A stretch of DNA of 63,663 nucleotides, the filler included, from Octopus bimaculoides (Eukaryota), in the NCBI RefSeq assembly GCF_001194135.2. It is 8 parts of 7 records of this genome, joined end to end, with 100 filler letters (N's around TTAATTAATTAA, not from the genome) between each part and the next. Parts side by side here need not be neighbours in the genome. Positions count along the whole stretch, not along the records: positions 1 to 24,621 come from NC_068986.1; positions 24,722 to 38,209 come from NC_069009.1; 6 more parts are not named here. One strand, 5' to 3'. The position numbers were made by a program, and so were the translations under genes. Each line of letters opens with the position of its first letter. Within the stretch, counting starts at the first letter, position 1. Shown here piece by piece: positions 12,263 to 25,672 of this stretch. The notes under the pieces were generated by a model that saw nothing but the letters and a program-made list of their open reading frames with translations, was not told the DNA's origin and searched no databases.

Positions 12263-13257
12263 AAAAGCTTGATATAATCTTTACTCTACAAAAGACGTTG
12301 TTTAGGAAACGTGATCTAGCTACAGTCCAGATCAAGAACTTGTTAAGTTGTTTCATTCATGCCGTATTTTTCAGCATGCAAGTCGAATTATTCAGACAAA
12401 AATTTATAGCCAAAAATGGTAGGTCGGTTTGGAGGACCAAATGAGCCATTTGAAATGCAACAGGATTTGGAAAGTTTGTGATGTTTAAATGTTTATTTTG
12501 CATATTTATCCAATATATTACGTCGACTTTTATGGCAGAAAATTCAATTAGAAATAATATTAGAATCCACCGACTCAACAGAACATTTTAAATTTAAATT
12601 AGACCAGCCTTAGCTTAATATTTCACTGACACTGCACTGCTTAGTGGTAATGTATATCCCTCCTGTTTACAGGATTATAACGCTGAAATTTATCCGGCGT
12701 GTATGCAGCTGAAGGTGCGGGACATCCATTTTAAGAAATGCCCTTCCATATCATTAACCTCCAGCTGCCTAATATTACATATGCTTAGCTGTAAGAACTG
12801 CAGCAGCAAGGAATACGATACCTAAATGAAAGAACATCAAAAACTCTGAGAAATATTTTCCTTATGACTTTAACTCTAGGGAATTATCGTTGTCTTTTGT
12901 TCACAATTATTATTTAGATACTTCCTGTAATATAAATTGCTTAAATATGAGATGAAAAAAAAAGCTGGTTTTGCAAAATATTTTTCAATGGATATTGTGA
13001 TCGGCGATAAATTCCAAAACTTTAAATAACTAAGATTTTTTAAAAATTCTAAATTTTCAACAGAACAGAGTGGTTTTTATTCAAGATTTAAATGGAACAG
13101 AAATTATTTAAGGAGCAATTTTTATCGAACTAAAAGTTTTCAATTAAATAATTGATTCAAAGCCTAAATGTTAATGTTAAAGATTACAATGCTACATTCA
13201 AATACTAAACAGGTTGCATTTATTCGTGAAGCTGGGGCGTAAGAATATTAAGAGTTA

Positions 13258-13301
<44 letters not shown>

Positions 13302-15109
13302 TATGCATGTATGTATGTATGTATAAAAGAGGGATATAACGAGTGATATAGAAAATGACGTTTCTTTTGTAAATGTTTAATAATTCAAATGTTGTCCGCA
13401 AGAACAATTAAAATATGATGTTTAATAATCACTTTTATAAAAAGAGAAATACGTTTGGCAGGTCTTCAGAGTAATGTCTTATGTAAATTATATTTATCGG
13501 AATGTTTTTAGTATATTTTCTTTTAGCATTTATACGTTCGAAGCAAGTGATTGCGATACAAATACAGAAGAAAGTTTTTAAATAATGTGTTGTATGTTTC
13601 CATATTTTTCCATACAAATTCAAAGCCTTTACACAAGTCTTATTGTGAATGAGAGTATAGTGAAACCTGTAGAATAAATTTGTTTTTCGTAGGCGGAATG
13701 TATGAATGTATGTTTACAATTCGGTAGAAAGTAATTATGCAGATTACATTAAACCTTGATGAAAGTGTTGTTGATATATGGCATTTCCTTTTTATATTTC
13801 TGACTATAGATTTGAAGACATTGTATTAGTTATATTTACAAGAATCTAACAGTAATATTTCCTCTGAGTTATTGAAGAAAAAGCAATATTTGAAATGATT
13901 TAGAATATTTGTGAGACGGGCAGTGTATAGTCAACATTGAAATGACGGATTAAAATTGGAAATTGTCTGTATAGTGAAACAGCATTGATTTTTGTTATTT
14001 TATTCGACTTCCCAGGCAACACCACCAATGTTAAAGGTATGATAGTGTCAATGTTTTTCCTGTTCTTACCAAACTCCAGGGGCCAGATATTAAGAAAAAA
14101 ATTATGTGACGCATACACATTTCCCAGGGATATATTAAGATTAACTGAAACAAAATGGCTTCCATTGCGAATCTGAAAAATTCTCATTTATTTCGCAGTC
14201 CTTATTGGATACGTTTGCTATTCGATTGTTATAGGTTATTACAATGTTAAGTGTTTTGTGGCAGAAGTAAAGGGATTTTGTGAAGCTCAAATGTTGCTGA
14301 TGAAAAAGGTAAAGAAGAAAAAAAGAAAAACCTTAGAGATAGAAATATACTTAATTGGTTTCAACTGGGAATAGAAAGCAGTACGAGCCCCACTGACCGT
14401 AATACCACACTTGCTTTACGGTATTAGTCTTCAGAAATAAATTTAACTATTGAGGTATGTTAATTAACCCTGTAACCATGACTGCGAATATTGTCGTAAG
14501 AGTTAATACTTTAAAGTAGAACAAATTAGAATCGCTCATTGAGGATTTTCGTCTCTCGGCATACTTTCGAGAAGTCTTTTAATGACTTTGGCGGCGAAGA
14601 AGCAAAAGTGATTCAATGCATTACCTTAATTAGATTTATCAATCTACACTCGAAATCCCTAATGGGTCGACCTAGCCTTTCCTTCCCTAAGGGAGTGAGA
14701 AAATCTAGTTTAACCATATAGGTAGGTTGATTTTACTGACTATACATCTCTGTTTAAAATGCGTAGAAGACTTGTCCCAGTCTAATAAAAATCAACTTGG
14801 TGAAATTACATTACGAGTTCTTACATTCCCACGTTTAAAAATTACTTGCCACAGATGTTCTCAGTTGCGAAATCTCCAGTTTAATTCAGATGAAAAACAG
14901 CATTAACAATTCGCTCATATCTTCTGTCTACATAAAAATATATTGCGTTGATTATTTTGTTACTAAGACACAAGTTTGAAGATACCCAAGGTTAAATGCA
15001 TTTTATCCATGACCGCCTCATCTTACTTATGGGTGAATGTGCTAAATATAATTTTACATAATGTCTACATCCATTAGATAAAATCATTCAGTCGTGAGGC
15101 ACTTATTTC

Positions 15110-15330
15110 TAGCAGAATGCATACATGTGTAACCGGAGAACTTCAACTACACCCCTTGGCATCGACAAATTATTTGTCATTTTCGCAATAATTTTTTTTC
15201 TTCCTACAACGGTGATGTTAACGCAATATCTAACTCGTTGGATTGAGAGTATTGAGTCTCGGTGAGAAATTTGAGTAAAATATGCTGTATCATCATTCAA
15301 AGTCTCTATTATTTACGGAAAAAAGCTTCA
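15110..15330 (-). pseudogene. Possible decayed CR1/L2-type reverse transcriptase fragment around motif C
   Basis: Minus-strand LNDDTAYFTQISHRDSILSIQR resembles LFADDTKIYRxIxSxxDxxxLQxDL. Only this one motif is recognisable. Confidence 0.3.
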
Positions 15331-15796
15331 TAGAGCCACAGATAATAGAACATTTATTCATTGCTGCAGTCGGGATATCACATGTTTGCGCCAAAAGAAT
15401 TAGTTCCACTTTCTTGCCGAGCGTCAGATACGCAAACCGTGTAAGATACGTGGATACATTACGAATTCCATCGTCCATCAGTACATCCTCTCTTAAGGTG
15501 CTACATGGCTGAAGTGATTGCATTCGTTGATCGTCATTGGAAGAACGTTATGCAAATAGGAATATTTTACTTCTAGTTTCCACTTCTTTCTTTTTTCTTT
15601 TCTTCATATATTTATAGTTGTTACTAGGTCATCGCCAGATTTGACGGACGGCCTGTCATAACTGCATATACATGTGTCTGTTTACATTCTTCATTTACAA
15701 ATATATTCTTAATAATTACAAACAACTTTTTCATAAAAGAGAAGGATTATAGGCTAATAATTTACAGATGATGAATACTTTTCGCTAGTTGGGTAT

Positions 15797-15836
15797 ACTA
15801 CTACTACTACTACTACTATTACTACTACTACTACTA

Positions 15837-15868
<32 letters not shown>

Positions 15869-15895
15869 ACTACTACTACTACTACCACTACCATT
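15797..15895. repeat. (CTA)n/(CTG)n compound microsatellite
   Basis: Directly visible; source of the poly-Leu ORF. Confidence 0.95.
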
Positions 15896-15898
15896 ATT

Positions 15899-16093
15899 AA
15901 GGCGGCCAGCTGGTAGAGTCGTTAGCACGTCGGGCAAAATAGCGGCTTTTCGTTCTGAGTTCAAATTCCGCCGAGCTGGACTTTACCTTTCATCCTTTCG
16001 GGGATGGATAAAATAAATATTCGTTAATCACTGGGGTCGATTTAATCGACTTGCACCGCTCCCTACCTGAACTCGGTGGCCTTGTACCAAATT
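15899..16093 (+). mobile_element. tRNA-derived SINE, family B
   Basis: AAGGCGGCCAGCTGGTAGAGTCGTTAGCACG (A-box like)...GAGTTCAAATTCC (B-box)...GGGGTCGATTTAATCGACT..., followed by (TTC)n(TTA)n. Confidence 0.85.
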
Positions 16094-16241
<148 letters not shown>

Positions 16242-17030
16242 TAAACATTGCACTATGATATATTTACACTATTGTATTTAGTATTTCAAAAATAAACAAC
16301 GTTTTCATACAGATGGATGGGACATATTTAAATTAAAGTTTATTCTAACGTTATATATTAATAGCACCGTTTATTTCTGCTGATCTTTCTCCTCGGAGTC
16401 ATGGAAAATATATAAATGCAAAAGAAAGGGAAATTTTCGATAAATCACGAAACATAAAATATAATGTGCGCTAGGAAAACAGAAAACAATGGAAATAGAT
16501 AGCTGTATGAAAAGTAATAAAATGAAATATCTATTTTTATCGTCTGTAGAATCATGGATTTAACGGAAAGAAGCCGTGTATGCATTTTCTATTTCTATTT
16601 GCGTATCTGTATAGGCTCATATTTTCACACACTCACATGTTCATACTTTCACAAAGATACAATTACACATTTGCATACAGATGCGAAAGCCAACGAAGTG
16701 GGTTTTGTGTACTCCCTTGATTTGCGATGAATGGCCACCAATTCGCCCTCAAATTAGGCCTACTGTCGGCAAAACAGAAGGAATTCACTGGTTAATGTAG
16801 TCCAAGATACACAATGAGCGTGGAATTGTTGTGGCTAGAAGGTATTTTTCATAGATCTATACAGAGTTCAACTTCAACTAAAACCAGTAAAAGTGACAAC
16901 TGGCTCACTTTACGGGGCGATGTGGAAGCATCTACGCAATTAATTTTCAGCAAATGGCAGCGAGTTTTGCATTAAATCATAGACATCTCTCTCAAACAGG
17001 GAAATATTGAATGTTCTAGTCTTTGTGTGT

Positions 17031-17265
17031 GTTGGCACTCCGTCGCTTACGACGTCGAGGTTTCCAGTTGATCCGATCATCGGAACAGCCTGCTCGTGAA
17101 CTTAACGTGCAAGTGGTTGAGCACTCCACGGACACGTGTACCCTTAACGTAGTTCTCGGGGAGATTCAGCGTGACACAGAGTGTGACAAGGCTGGCCCTT
17201 TGAAATACAGGCACAACAGAAACAGGAAGTAAGAGTGAAAGAAATTTGTGGTGAAAGAGTACAGC
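17031..17265 (-). mobile_element. SINE family C, 3' part (head lost in gap)
   Basis: Reverse complement matches 35410-35671 almost throughout. Confidence 0.9.
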
Positions 17266-20200
17266 NNNNNNNNNNNNNNNNNNNNNNNNNNNNNNNNNNN
17301 NNNNNNNNNNNNNNNNNNNNNNNNNNNNNNNNNNNNNNNNNNNNNNNNNNNNNNNNNNNNNNNNNNNNNNNNNNNNNNNNNNNNNNNNNNNNNNNNNNNN
17401 NNNNNNNNNNNNNNNNNNNNNNNNNNNNNNNNNNNNNNNNNNNNNNNNNNNNNNNNNNNNNNNNNNNNNNNNNNNNNNNNNNNNNNNNNNNNNNNNNNNN
17501 NNNNNNNNNNNNNNNNNNNNNNNNNNNNNNNNNNNNNNNNNNNNNNNNNNNNNNNNNNNNNNNNNNNNNNNNNNNNNNNNNNNNNNNNNNNNNNNNNNNN
17601 NNNGATTTGAAAGTCTGAAAAGTTACTTCGTACGATTTTTAAGTATAAAGAGGTTCTTTCTTTTAAATCATTTTTTGTTAATTACTATAAAATTTGGCAG
17701 AAATATGTTACTAAACTTTTTGAGAAGAAATTTTTTTCCTAGTGTGTGAGCACATTTGATTAGTTTTTTCAAACACAAACGTGACTGCAAGTTCTTTCTC
17801 TGAAGTTAAAAAAAAAAAGTCTAAACAATATTTTCCTGAACACTCATTAGAAACGTCGGTTTTTTCTACTTTACTCTTAATGGTTTAGTCCATCTACGTT
17901 CTTAACAGGTACAATTTACCAATTTTAGAAGCAGCTCCTCATTGGACTTGAATGATAATGTGTTTCTTTCCAGCATTTAGATCAGTAAATATTTTATTTG
18001 ATATAGACTAATTTTGATATTGTTGTTTATCTCCACACCAGTTCTTATCGACAAGAAGAATAATCAATGGCATTAAAAGTCATGGATGTCTCGTCCTTTT
18101 TTCTTCAGAAGAAAGGCACCACATTCGCAGAGAATTTAGATGATATCCTTCGCGTTATTTCTTCCAAATCCCAATGATCTGAGTTCAAATTTCTAGGTGT
18201 TGACGTTGCTTTTAATTCCTTCACAAGTTATAAGTTGTGGGCAATGGACTGACGGACCTGTTAGATATTTGGGCACAATCCCTTGCAGTATCTGTTCTGA
18301 CCGTGTGTGTTCTGTCGGCAATGACAGAATGAGACCATACAGTATCGGTCCAATTAGGTCGCATTCGCATAAAAGAAACTTCGGCAGCGTGGAGGAAGAA
18401 GAATTGATTGGCCGACTGCCAGTTTTCTACTTCAAAAACATATCTTCCTTAGGCTAGCGTATCATATATATGTGCAAATGCATTGTCGACGTCAATTTAC
18501 AGAAGCTCCTATAAGTCTATCTCGGAATACATTATCCAATGTGTTTTCCTGTTCATTTTTACAGACTGTAAGGTTTGATTCGATGAAATGTTTATCTGAT
18601 ACTTCTACTAATCGAGTAGATTCTATATGTACTGCTATTTCTAGCGGATTATGTGACCATATACAGGCTCCATTGTTGGATAGATAACGAGCATTCTATG
18701 TAGATGAGTAGGTTTGTCGCTCATCCACCTAACACCACAACTATTAATGATAACCCCAGATTTAATTCACCGGGAATGTTGTATATTCTCAAAAATAGAG
18801 AGTATTCGTAGTTGATTTCAACATTTGTGTCATAAAATACAGTTGAAACTTGAACATCAGTGTTGCAGAAAAAGAAAGGCATTCATTTCTTTTAACTAAG
18901 GCAATTCAAATTTATCTTAAAGTCTTAAAATTACTTCTAAACGCTTGATCCTCCGGCAAATAGTTCTCTTTTCATGCTGAAGAGAAATGTTTGCGTTATG
19001 TTTGTGTATTTTCTCACATGGAAGTGAATCTATTTTCTTTACTTTTGTTCTAATTTTCATCAAGTATATTTGTTCTTCGTATTATTACTGATCTATAGTC
19101 CAGGTGTATTTGCTTTATTTTGTTCAATTATCTCTTCTCTTTGTACAAGGCCTAGCCAAAATATTTGCACGTTTGATTAAACTCTTCGACTTCTATCTTT
19201 TGTATTTTATTTTATATACTACGATACAAAATTTTCTGCTGTTAAGAATTTTTTTTATACACTATGATATTTTATTTTGATGGCTGCAACACATTCCATT
19301 CGGCTTAATTTTATAGTTTAACTGTTTGAAAATTTCATATGCGTGTTTCTTCAAATTCTTAAAATAACGATAAATTATGAGGTTTCAATATTAGCACTGC
19401 ATATCCGAAGTTTATTTCGCAGTCACGAGTCCCCGGGTGCGATCCTTTTACAAGGTACCTTGAATAAGTGCCATTTTGTAAAACCGCATGTCGACCTATG
19501 CATTTTGTGTGGAAGTATGTAGAAGTTCGTCGGATGTATGGTACCTCTAATTTAAAAGTACAACTTTCTCATACACTGTCACGCAGAATCTGCATAGGGA
19601 TTACTTTTAAGGTACTCGTAAATGAGAAAGAAATTCAGTTGATAAAAGGACCGAATACCGATGGTCGTAAACGAAGGAGATCAATGCGCGAGATTTCAAT
19701 ATTCTTTCAATAATACAATATTGCGGAAATATGACGCATGTACAGATTATATAAAATGAGACTATAGCATTTTTGGTACTTGGAACATGTTTCGGATAAT
19801 ATTTTCATTTCTATTCTTAAGTGTCTTCGCAACTGTGTGGTTTCGGATCCAGTCTCGCTGGGATGCAACTCGGTTTTGTACCTCCGGAAAAACCAATGCG
19901 TTGTCAGTGAGTTTCGTCGATACAGATTGCGCGAAGCCCTTTGCGTGCGCACACGCACACACGTATCATATGTCAGTATGTGTAATATGTGTGTGTTTCA
20001 ATATGTGTGTCGGTATGTGTGTGTGTGTGTGTGTTTGTTTGGCTTCACATATTTATAACGTATGTTCATTTGATCTCGTTCCTTTAAATTAGTGGTTTGG
20101 GGAGAAAAACGATAATACGAGTACCAGGTTAAAAAATATTACCGGTGACAATTTGTTTGACTAACCCTACATGACGATACTCAAGCTTGACTTCAGTAGA

Positions 20201-20942
20201 ATGAGCAAAAAAGTAAAATTGTCTATATTGACATGGGGTTTGGTGATTAAAAAGAAAAAAATCCTTTAATAATTCATGTCTAACCAAGTTTAGATTCACA
20301 CATCCTTAAAATGCCTTACACGTACTTTAAATTAAAGTGAATTAGGAAGAAAAGATAATTAGATAACAAGAGAGTATGGTAGTCCGATAGGAAAAGCAAA
20401 GAAAAAAATGTCAAACTGTAATTTAAGAAATTTTATCAAGAAAAAAGAAATAGTTATTATCTAGCTACAAATAAGATTAAACACGAAGCAGTATCTGAAC
20501 TTCTGTAACCTTAATTGATGGAATTTGTATGGATAATTTGAATATATTCGGCACTTTTGACATCAGTGAACATAAAGTACTGTCTTATTTTAATATGGTG
20601 CGAAAATAAAAGTTTCCGAAGTTAGTTTATTCATATTGAATCAATTTGATATTTTAGTTAAATATAAAGTAACATCTTGCAATTAAATGAAACAGACATT
20701 ATGTTACGAACCATATTTTCGACATTAATCAGCCTGATTGAGGTATATCATGCACTTTACGGAATAACATCTAATAGTGGCGGCGGTAGCTGATGAAATA
20801 GAATGTTCTCTATGTGGCTTGTGTGTTTTCTCGTCTACATTTTGTTTGCAATGTCCTGTACCCAGGTATGCACCTATACATACAGGTGGATGTCGGTACG
20901 CACATACCTGTACGTATATATGCATATACTCATTTACTATTT

Positions 20943-20976
<34 letters not shown>

Positions 20977-21288
20977 NNNNNNNNNNNNNNNNNNNNNNNN
21001 NNNNNNNNNNNNNNNNNNNNNNNNNNNNNNNNNNNNNNNNNNNNNNNNNNNNNNNNNNNNNNNNNNNNNNNNNNNNTATATATTTGATCCTTTATATTGA
21101 ACACTCAATATTTCATCTACATTCAATACTTTCTTTCATGGTGCCATCCATTTTTATTTTATTTTATTTTATATTGTATATTGTATATCATATTATATAT
21201 TGTATATTCCATATTCTATACCCCACATTAGTTCTGCAGGAATATAAATAAAACATAAAGAACAGACAGTGTTGGAACTCTTTTAAGC

Positions 21289-21326
<38 letters not shown>

Positions 21327-21328
<2 letters not shown>

Positions 21329-21713
21329 TTTACTCTTTTACTTGTTTCAGTCACTTGACTGCGGCCATGCTGGAGCACTGCCATTAGTCGAGAATATCGA
21401 CCCCAGGACTTATTCTTTGGATGCCTAGTACTTATTCTATCGGTCTCTTTTGCCGAACCGCTAAGTTACAGGGACGTAAGCACACCACCATGGGTTGTCA
21501 AACGATGTTGGGGGGACAAACACAGACACACAAACACATACGCACACATACATATGTATATACATATATACAACAGACTTCTTTCAGTTTCCGTCTACCA
21601 AATCCACTCACAAAGCTTTGGTCGGCCCGAGGCTATAGTAGAAGACACTTGCCCAAGGTGCCACGCAGTGGGAATGAACCCGGAACCGTGCGGTTGGTAA
21701 GCAAGCTACTTAT
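21327..21713 (-). mobile_element. SINE family A, near full length with CpGs retained
   Basis: Both modules present, separated by a (CA/TA)n linker; close to the 61815 copy. Confidence 0.9.
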
Positions 21714-21761
21714 AAATATATATGTATATATATATATATGTATATATATATNNNNNNNNNN

Positions 21762-21835
<74 letters not shown>

Positions 21836-22284
21836 TCACACGCACATACATATATATTAATGTATGTAGAGGATTTCTATAGTACTGTTCATATACGGTA
21901 TTCTGTCTATATTTTATGTTGTAGATGTCAAACAGGTGAAATGTATTTAGGTAATTCTTACAATTTCAATCAATGAAAGGGTATCGTAGTTCAGACTCTA
22001 GTATATTTTTATCTTATTTGAAATTCAATAAGAAAAATATTCAATAAACTTCATTCGAAATAATCATCGAAAATGTATTATGATCTTTCGATTTCAGAAG
22101 TAAATAGATGATATTTTGACGAGGAAATCAAGACTCCATGATTATATAGCAAAAAATTGAAGAACAGTTATTTTGTACATATGAATCGTAGTGTTCAGTC
22201 TAAAGATATTTAAACAAATTCAAAACATCTGGAAAATTAATACACGTAACGCTTTAGTAAAAGCAATATATTTTATATGTGGGT

Positions 22285-22440
22285 GCGCATGCATAGCTGT
22301 GTGGTAAGAAATTTGCTACTCAACCACATGGTTCCGGGTTCAGCTTGGGAACATGAGTTTCTAGTATAGCCTCGAGCAAACCGAGTCCTTGTGAATGGAT
22401 TTAGTAAACGGAAATTGAAAGAAGCCAGTCTATTATATAT
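22285..22440 (+). mobile_element. SINE family A head module
   Basis: AGCTGTGTGGTAAG...GGTTCCGGGTTCAG...GGAAATTGAAAGAAGCC then (TA)n. Confidence 0.8.
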
Positions 22441-23029
22441 ATATGCAAAAATATTGAAGGAAACGATTATAACTTGGTTATAATTTTACTTGTACGCAAA
22501 CTTGAAAGAAACTTTAAATAAGTTTCCCTTATATATGTAAAGCAAAGTCTCATGGCTTAAATGATTGCATATATTGCCAATTTCGAATACAAGTGGAAAA
22601 GGATCGATCAGTCCATGTGTGCATATAATTTAAATTTGAAAGAGGTTTTAGTTCCAGATAATCCCACTGGATATCGATACTCAGTACATTACAGATATGA
22701 TTATGTGAACGATGTTTTTCTCCCACCAATTACTACTTCGTTCGTGAAGCTTGTACATGCTGCTCCTATTCTTTCGAATTTTATTTTATTAGAAGCTTAG
22801 CAAATGTAGATGAAGTTATTGACTAGTTAGAGTGATAAGATCTTAAAGTAAATTAAAAGAATTTATTTCAATCTTAAGCACAGAATTTAAATATTCGTTC
22901 ATTATTTAAGAGAAGTTACTTTCGGTTGCATCAGGTGTGGTTAGGAAAAAAAAACTTTCTCCCTTCTGGAGTTAGTCATTGAAATTCATGTCAATAATGT
23001 AATGGAATCTATTATTGCTGTGAGAAAAG

Positions 23030-23310
23030 ACTTAGATAATTAGGATGTAAGGCCGGAAATGTTTTAGAGTTAATGGATATACATTTGAAAGACTGTAATA
23101 ATGATGAACTGCTTGAAATATAACAAAAGAGCATAGGACAAAAACAAATTGAAAGAGTCTAACGAAGAAGATAATGAGCCAAAGGAAATAAAGCTAAAAG
23201 AACATGAAGGAATGTTTTAAGGTCTAGAAAAGTAGATGGATTTGGCTCCAGACACGAGTAGGCGTATTCAAGTGGGGTATATGCTAGAAAATCAAACGTC
23301 TCGTCATCTC
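23030..23310 (+). pseudogene. Tigger/pogo-type transposase C-terminal remnant
   Basis: Frameshifted ELMDIHLKDCNNDELLEI...EEDNEPKEIKLKEHEGMF.GLEK.MDLAPDTSRRIQVGYMLEN resembles Tigger ELLxSHxEELTNEELLEL...MDPNxERSxKVxRxVEN. Confidence 0.5.
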
Positions 23311-23327
23311 AAATGTATGATGCTCAA

Positions 23328-23391
23328 ATCTGGCATCTCTCCTTCTAGCTTCTCTGGCATCTCTCCTTCTAGCTTCTCTGGCATCTCTCCC
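23328..23391. repeat. 24-bp tandem repeat, ~2.6 copies
   Basis: TCTGGCATCTCTCCTTCTAGCTTC repeated (SGISPSSF in ORF 23236). Confidence 0.9.
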
Positions 23392-24665
23392 TCAATGCAG
23401 TTGCATCTAAGTTTCTCCTCTAACTGTCTTGAACTTCAATTCTTTGTCTCTTCCATCCGCTTGTATAGTAATTATTTTGAAGAAAATACAAAAACAGTTT
23501 TCTTAGAATATATTGAAAATGAAATATTTAAGAAGTTATTTTATACCAAATTGGACAAATCAAAATACATTAACATTTTTCCGATTCGTAACTTTCGAAC
23601 TCTCATATAAATATTGAAATTTTACTAAATGTTCTCAAGTTATTCGGTCTTTCGCATAAATGTTTGAATTTTCAAACCATATTTTTTTTGTTTGCCATTC
23701 ATATCTTAATATATCATTATTTTCTTTTTTTTGTAACTATCACGAAAATACACGATTGATAGCACTGCTGTATAGACATGAAAAACGTAAAAGTATACAA
23801 ATCTTACACAAACAAGATGCTAGCCATGCTCTAGTGCTTGTCTTTATGGCCTTAGTCGAGGAATTCGAAGAAAATATATTACTTGTAAATATTTTATCTA
23901 TGTCAGAAAGTGCAGAAACGAAAGTTGTAACGTTAATGATTTCGGTAAAAAAAAAACGTTAAGAAATACAGTCTTTCATTTTTTTTATTTTATAAACCGT
24001 CAACTTAGATTACAAATTGTGCTTTACCCACAGAAAAAAATATGGAATTATTTCGTTGTTCACTTATCTGAAGAAAGGTTTGTGCCGATGTTAGAGATAA
24101 GTGAAAAGCCACATCTAATTGTCCCTCTAGAGAATTATAAGTTAAAATTTCATAGAGACACAGTGGAAGGGTGGAAATTCCGGTGAGAGATATTAGAAGA
24201 AAATAAGAAAAGGATAGTAGAGGACCTGATATGGGGATACAATATACTTGAAGAGAAAAGAAACGAGTGAGAAGAGGTAGAAGGATATCAACAATGTCCA
24301 AGTGTGCACAGGAAACTGGAGCCGAAAATTAAATGTTGAATATTAAATGAAGCATTATATTCTTAATTTGTAGGGACAGCCAATGTTTATCCCCAGAGTA
24401 ACAAAAAGTAAGTCAGTCATCTAATCCTTGATGTTCAAAAATATATTTATAAACTGGTGAACCTTTTTTTTTAAGTAGGTGGTAAGTAAATATTTGAAAA
24501 AGGAATTTGTCCGTATATCTTAATCGATTGAACATTACACGAACACACACACACCCATACGTACACACCCATTCACACACACTCACACACTTCTATAAAC
24601 ATGTGCATATTATACATATATNNNNNNNNNNNNNNNNNNNNNNNNNNNNNNNNNNNNNNNNNNNN

Positions 24666-24677
24666 TTAATTAATTAA
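24666..24677. other. Artificial scaffold-join linker TTAATTAATTAA inside a 100-bp N spacer (also at 38254, 43486, 48367, 50338, 57527, 61697)
   Basis: The same 12-mer with stops in all six frames, each time flanked by 44 N on both sides. Confidence 0.97.
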
Positions 24678-24721
24678 NNNNNNNNNNNNNNNNNNNNNNN
24701 NNNNNNNNNNNNNNNNNNNNN

Positions 24722-24801
<80 letters not shown>

Positions 24802-25672
24802 TGTGTGTGTGTCTGTGTATATATATACACCCACACACATGCAGTTTTACAAATATAGGTAAGCAATAAGTTAAACATAAACTTGCTTAATTGTGTGTGT
24901 GTGTATGAGACCAGAATTAAACAGAAGATTTAGTTAAAATCAATATTATAACATAATAAATTCTATAGCATTTACACATGTTTCACTAACATAAGCTAGA
25001 ATGTTGTGCGGCAATCATTACATAGAAAATTGTGTAGTCACCTTAAATGCCAGATCTTCAGAAGAAAATAGTAATTTAACCCATTGTCTGTTACCAACCT
25101 CAGTTGGTAGGCCTTCCAGTATAATTTGTATATTGGTATTAGGATTCAAAGCTTCTCACTTTTAATATTCCATTTCAATCAGAGACACTCCAAATAGAGA
25201 TAGAGAAACAGTAGAAGTCCTCCGATATATTAATATGATTAAATTTTTACACCAATGCCATATTGCATGTTGAAGGTGAAAAGCACATTCAAACCATCGA
25301 TCCTTTGATTGATATTTTTGACATACATACATAAGTATGTCTAGATATGCAACTATATGCATTAAAATACATACATACAAACAAACAAAAATACCCTGTT
25401 GATGTTGAAATTCCAATGAAGAATCCTTGGATCTAGGTTAGAAACCAACTCTATTGGCAAGAAATCTTGAAATACAACTGAATAATGAAATACATACATA
25501 CGTACGTATGGGATATATATCACACTGCCTAAATATCAATCGTGAGAAATTAGGCTTCTCAAAACCAGAATGGAGAAAACTAATTTGAAGACTACAGATC
25601 CACTCCATCACTGGAACTGTAAAAATCTGTAAAACTGTCCAGAAGTTTATCATATAAGACTTAAAAGACTTA

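Noticed and set aside
14375-14435. Minus-strand CTGAAGA...CGTACTGC resembling the 1.1/7.2-kb hammerhead family
   Set aside because: There is no GAAA before the putative cleavage site and stem I does not pair; likely chance.
17835-17862. CTGAACA...GAAACGTC as a minimal hammerhead
   Set aside because: No stem I or stem II complementarity.
23328-23391. Short direct repeats as a possible CRISPR array (also 46650-46703)
   Set aside because: The repeats are head-to-tail with no spacers, there are no cas genes, and the context is eukaryotic.
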